DNA of 63,035 nt, filler included, from Lenisia limosa (lineage: Eukaryota; Protista; Breviatea), in the NCBI GenBank assembly GCA_001655205.1. It is 15 parts of 15 records of this genome, joined end to end, with 100 filler letters (N's around TTAATTAATTAA, not from the genome) between each part and the next. Parts side by side here need not be neighbours in the genome. Positions count along the whole stretch, not along the records: positions 58,957 to 61,553 come from LPNZ01005813.1; positions 61,654 to 63,035 come from LPNZ01009343.1; 13 more parts are not named here. One strand, written 5' to 3'. Both the position numbers and the translations under genes were made by a program. Below the pieces are notes generated by a model. That model saw only the letters and a list, made by a program, of their open reading frames with translations. It made no database searches and was not told the origin of the DNA. The number at the start of each line of letters is the position of its first letter. Within the stretch, counting starts at the first letter, position 1. Below are positions 60,522-63,035 of this stretch, one piece after another.

Positions 60522-61370
60522 CCATCACCATCACCATCACCATCATCATCATTATCAGATATATTTTACTCCACCCTTCCTTGCTGACTCCCTGAAGCGA
60601 CTGGCCTGAGCTTTGTTTGTTTGTTTTCAACCCTCATGCGTTCAGCCAACAGAGTTTATTTTGAGCTTTTTTTGTAAACAAATTATCGAATTTTACCCCC
60701 CCCCCNNNNNNNNNNNNNNNNNNNNNNNNNNNNNNNNNNNNNNNNNNNNNNNGGTCGCCAAGAGTGTCTATGAAAGCCACTGCTGGTGGGAGGGGATCTG
60801 CTCTGGGTAACAGGAATGTATATGAAAATCCATGGTAGTGGGAGAAGAGTCTGTGAAAATCCATGGTGGCTGGTTTTACATCAAGATTTCATCACGTACA
60901 AGAGGGAAATTTAATATTTCTTATTAGCGTGATGGTGTGGACGGCTTCTGCCAGATAGCAACTTGTTTTTTTTTTTCTCTTCTCCACATATTCTAATAGT
61001 ATATGGATATTATGTCACACATTCTGAATACCACCAATCACTTTGACCGCTGAAGGATCCAAAAAACAATTATGGACAAATATGAATAAAAATACAAGAA
61101 TAATCAAAAGAGAAAGAATAAAAAAGTAAAATTCAAAAAACTAAAAGTCTTCTCCTCTCACCCTCCAGGACTCAAGAAAACGATTATGAAGTCCAAGGTC
61201 GTAATGGGCAAGAAAACAGTAAGGGGGTGACCTTTATTTGCCCAAATGTTCGCCCAATTTTCCCCAATTTTCCCCCCAATTGTTTCCCCAATTCCCCCAA
61301 TCCTCCCAAGTTTTTGACCTTTTTAGGAGTTCAGCGCACGGGAAAACAGCCTCGCAATTATCAAGGTGGG
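58971..61370 (+). CDS. Protein with a degenerate class III adenylyl/guanylyl cyclase domain; partial
   Basis: Exons give LIWKGPRMRCAIHSDAPEHYTDSEGRQ|VYQGASVQLVERLCTATDGGQ (58971-59050, about 59287-59350), then LQIPTLEERSFAP (about 60303-60360). These parallel the protist motifs LxWRGLRVRMGIH, DYFGPxVNxAARV...GGQ and LxxRxFPP. Exons after 60750 are tentative. Confidence 0.65.
60453..60553. repeat. (CAT/CAC)n microsatellite
   Basis: Read directly from the sequence. Similar tracts lie at 25500-25622 (CAT/CAA), 26878-26908 (AGA) and 45385-45412 (GAT). Confidence 0.9.
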
Positions 61371-61653
61371 CGTGGGTTCCTTGCTAGGAAATTCGAGGAC
61401 GGCGAATCAATTTCAGAAATTAATTTTTTGAAAACATTAAGTGCACAGAGTCTGAGATAATACATACCAGGCATCCAAATACGAGGCATATCGCTACACT
61501 AATCCATGCCCCCACGCTCTGGCTTTCTGTTTCATATCTTGTCCAATTGGACTNNNNNNNNNNNNNNNNNNNNNNNNNNNNNNNNNNNNNNNNNNNNTTA
61601 ATTAATTAANNNNNNNNNNNNNNNNNNNNNNNNNNNNNNNNNNNNNNNNNNNN

Positions 61654-62960
61654 CCCCCCCCCCCCCGCACCGTTCATCTCAATATCCTCAGCAAAGCACA
61701 GCAGAATGGTGTCGACAGCAAGGTCGTAGACATCCAAGAAGCCGTCTGCAATTTGGAAGGCCAGGTACATGGCAATCATGATGGGGATGGGCTGTGGGGT
61801 AAAATGAAGGCATGTGGGCATCTCATCAGATTTAAGCGTAACAATGAAACAAGCAAGACTCGAGAAAGGCGTACTTTGTAATGGATCTCCTCCTCGTCCT
61901 GGATCATCCAATAGGTGAAGTAGCCGACACCAATAGAAATGAACAATTTGCCCAGGAACAGCAGGAACTCACCTGAATGTTAGTATGTCGCGGACTACGC
62001 AGACTGATCCCTCAAAATGCACACCCAACAGCCCACGCACGCTACCCCTCCCACCAAGGATCCAAATCTCATACTGAGATATTTCTAGAATAAATATGAT
62101 ATAGCAATGAGAAATAAAAAATAAAATAAGGTAGTATCTGGCCGANNNNNNNNNNNNNNNNNNNNNNNNNNNNNNNNNNNNNNNNNNNNNNNNNNNNNNN
62201 NNNNNNNNNNNNNNNNNNNATCAGACCCCCCACTGATGACGTTGACAGCTGCCACCCTGAGCATGTTTCTGAAAAGGAGCTGGAAGGCCTTCTTAGCGCC
62301 TCCGCAGAATGAGTATCCGTCTGGGGAGGGGTAATTTGTGAAGCAAAAGACATATCATACCATCTCAAAAGATACAGATATGTAGGTACAGAAATAGCAG
62401 GAAAATAGCATGAAAAGGAAGGACCAAAACTCCCCCTTTCTCCAGCCCAGTGCTCCCTCTTACGAATCTAAAATGTCAGTAACAACCTTGTAACTGTAAC
62501 ATCATATGTAAGTATAGATTGTAGAAATGAGTAAAGACTAAAGCTATTGACACTATCATACCTTTTTGGGATGTATATGAAATAAAATAGTACATTATGC
62601 ATCACAATAGCTATACATGTAATTAATATATCATATATCGATATGTAGTAGTATTATGTACATGAAGTTAAGATGAACAGTTGCTCACCCCCCCCTCTCC
62701 CACCGCAATCATGATGTAGGCGTTCTTTGAGATGAACTTCATAAACTGAAACGTCATGTTTGTGTAGAGAGCGAATAGCGGAATAAAGGAGAGAAAAGAA
62801 AAATGACGGTTGAAAGATTGAGGGTAAACAGTCAATAAAACAAAAACATGTTCTGCCCACTCTTTCGACACACGCGAAGCAGCACTGAAGACATTTGAAA
62901 ATGAACTCAATGCAGCTATTATGCGACTCTGAATTGAATTAGAAATGGCAGGAGGATTAC
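61654..62960 (-). CDS. Choline transporter-like protein (SLC44/CTL family), C-terminal region; partial
   Basis: Exons give FKCLQCCFACVER|FMKFISKNAYIMIA|..GYSFCGGAKKAFQLLFRNMLRVAAV|GEFLLFLGKLFIS...|AFQIADGFLDVYDLAVDTILLCFAEDIEMNG, the CTL family signatures. Confidence 0.92.
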
Positions 62961-63035
62961 TAAATGTTTGTGTGATCATTAGGTCATTTTCGGGTATACT
63001 GCTGTATCCTTTGTTTCCCCCAGGCATTTTACTAG

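Noticed and set aside
60374-60630. Poly-Ile and poly-Met ORFs
   Set aside because: These are translations of the (CAT)n microsatellite.

Overview
This is intron-rich, AT-rich eukaryotic nuclear DNA, probably from an amoeboid protist (inferred from gene families, not proven). It is not one locus: 14 identical 100-nt linkers (44 N + TTAATTAATTAA + 44 N) join 15 unrelated short scaffolds, so gene neighbourhood across linkers means nothing. The ORF track is largely uninformative because exons are short. By hand-splicing GT-AG exons I recognise a complete 103-aa mini-cortactin/HS1-like gene. I also recognise partial genes for a UDP-glucuronate-4-epimerase-like SDR, a UIM-bearing USP deubiquitinase, a KCTD-type BTB protein, a PMCA-type Ca2+-ATPase, a Cys-rich repeat surface protein and a GPS-motif protein with a GPI-like tail. 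Further partial genes encode a SagB/ThcOx-type nitroreductase, presequence protease (PITRM1), importin-9, a CLU-like protein, a fibrinogen-motif protein, an ankyrin protein, a degenerate class III cyclase, an SLC44 transporter and several orphan proteins. Introns are dense with short interspersed repeats: a hAT-type MITE with verifiable 8-bp TSDs, a TA-flanked Tc1/mariner-type MITE and several unclassified families. I found no rRNA, tRNA, CRISPR array or autonomous transposase, and no multi-gene novel system can be supported. The best leads are the mini-cortactin with its DDW micro-exon, the GPS plus GPI-like protein, the G-run/C-run polarity of introns and the repeat families. All family assignments come from motif recall, not database searches.
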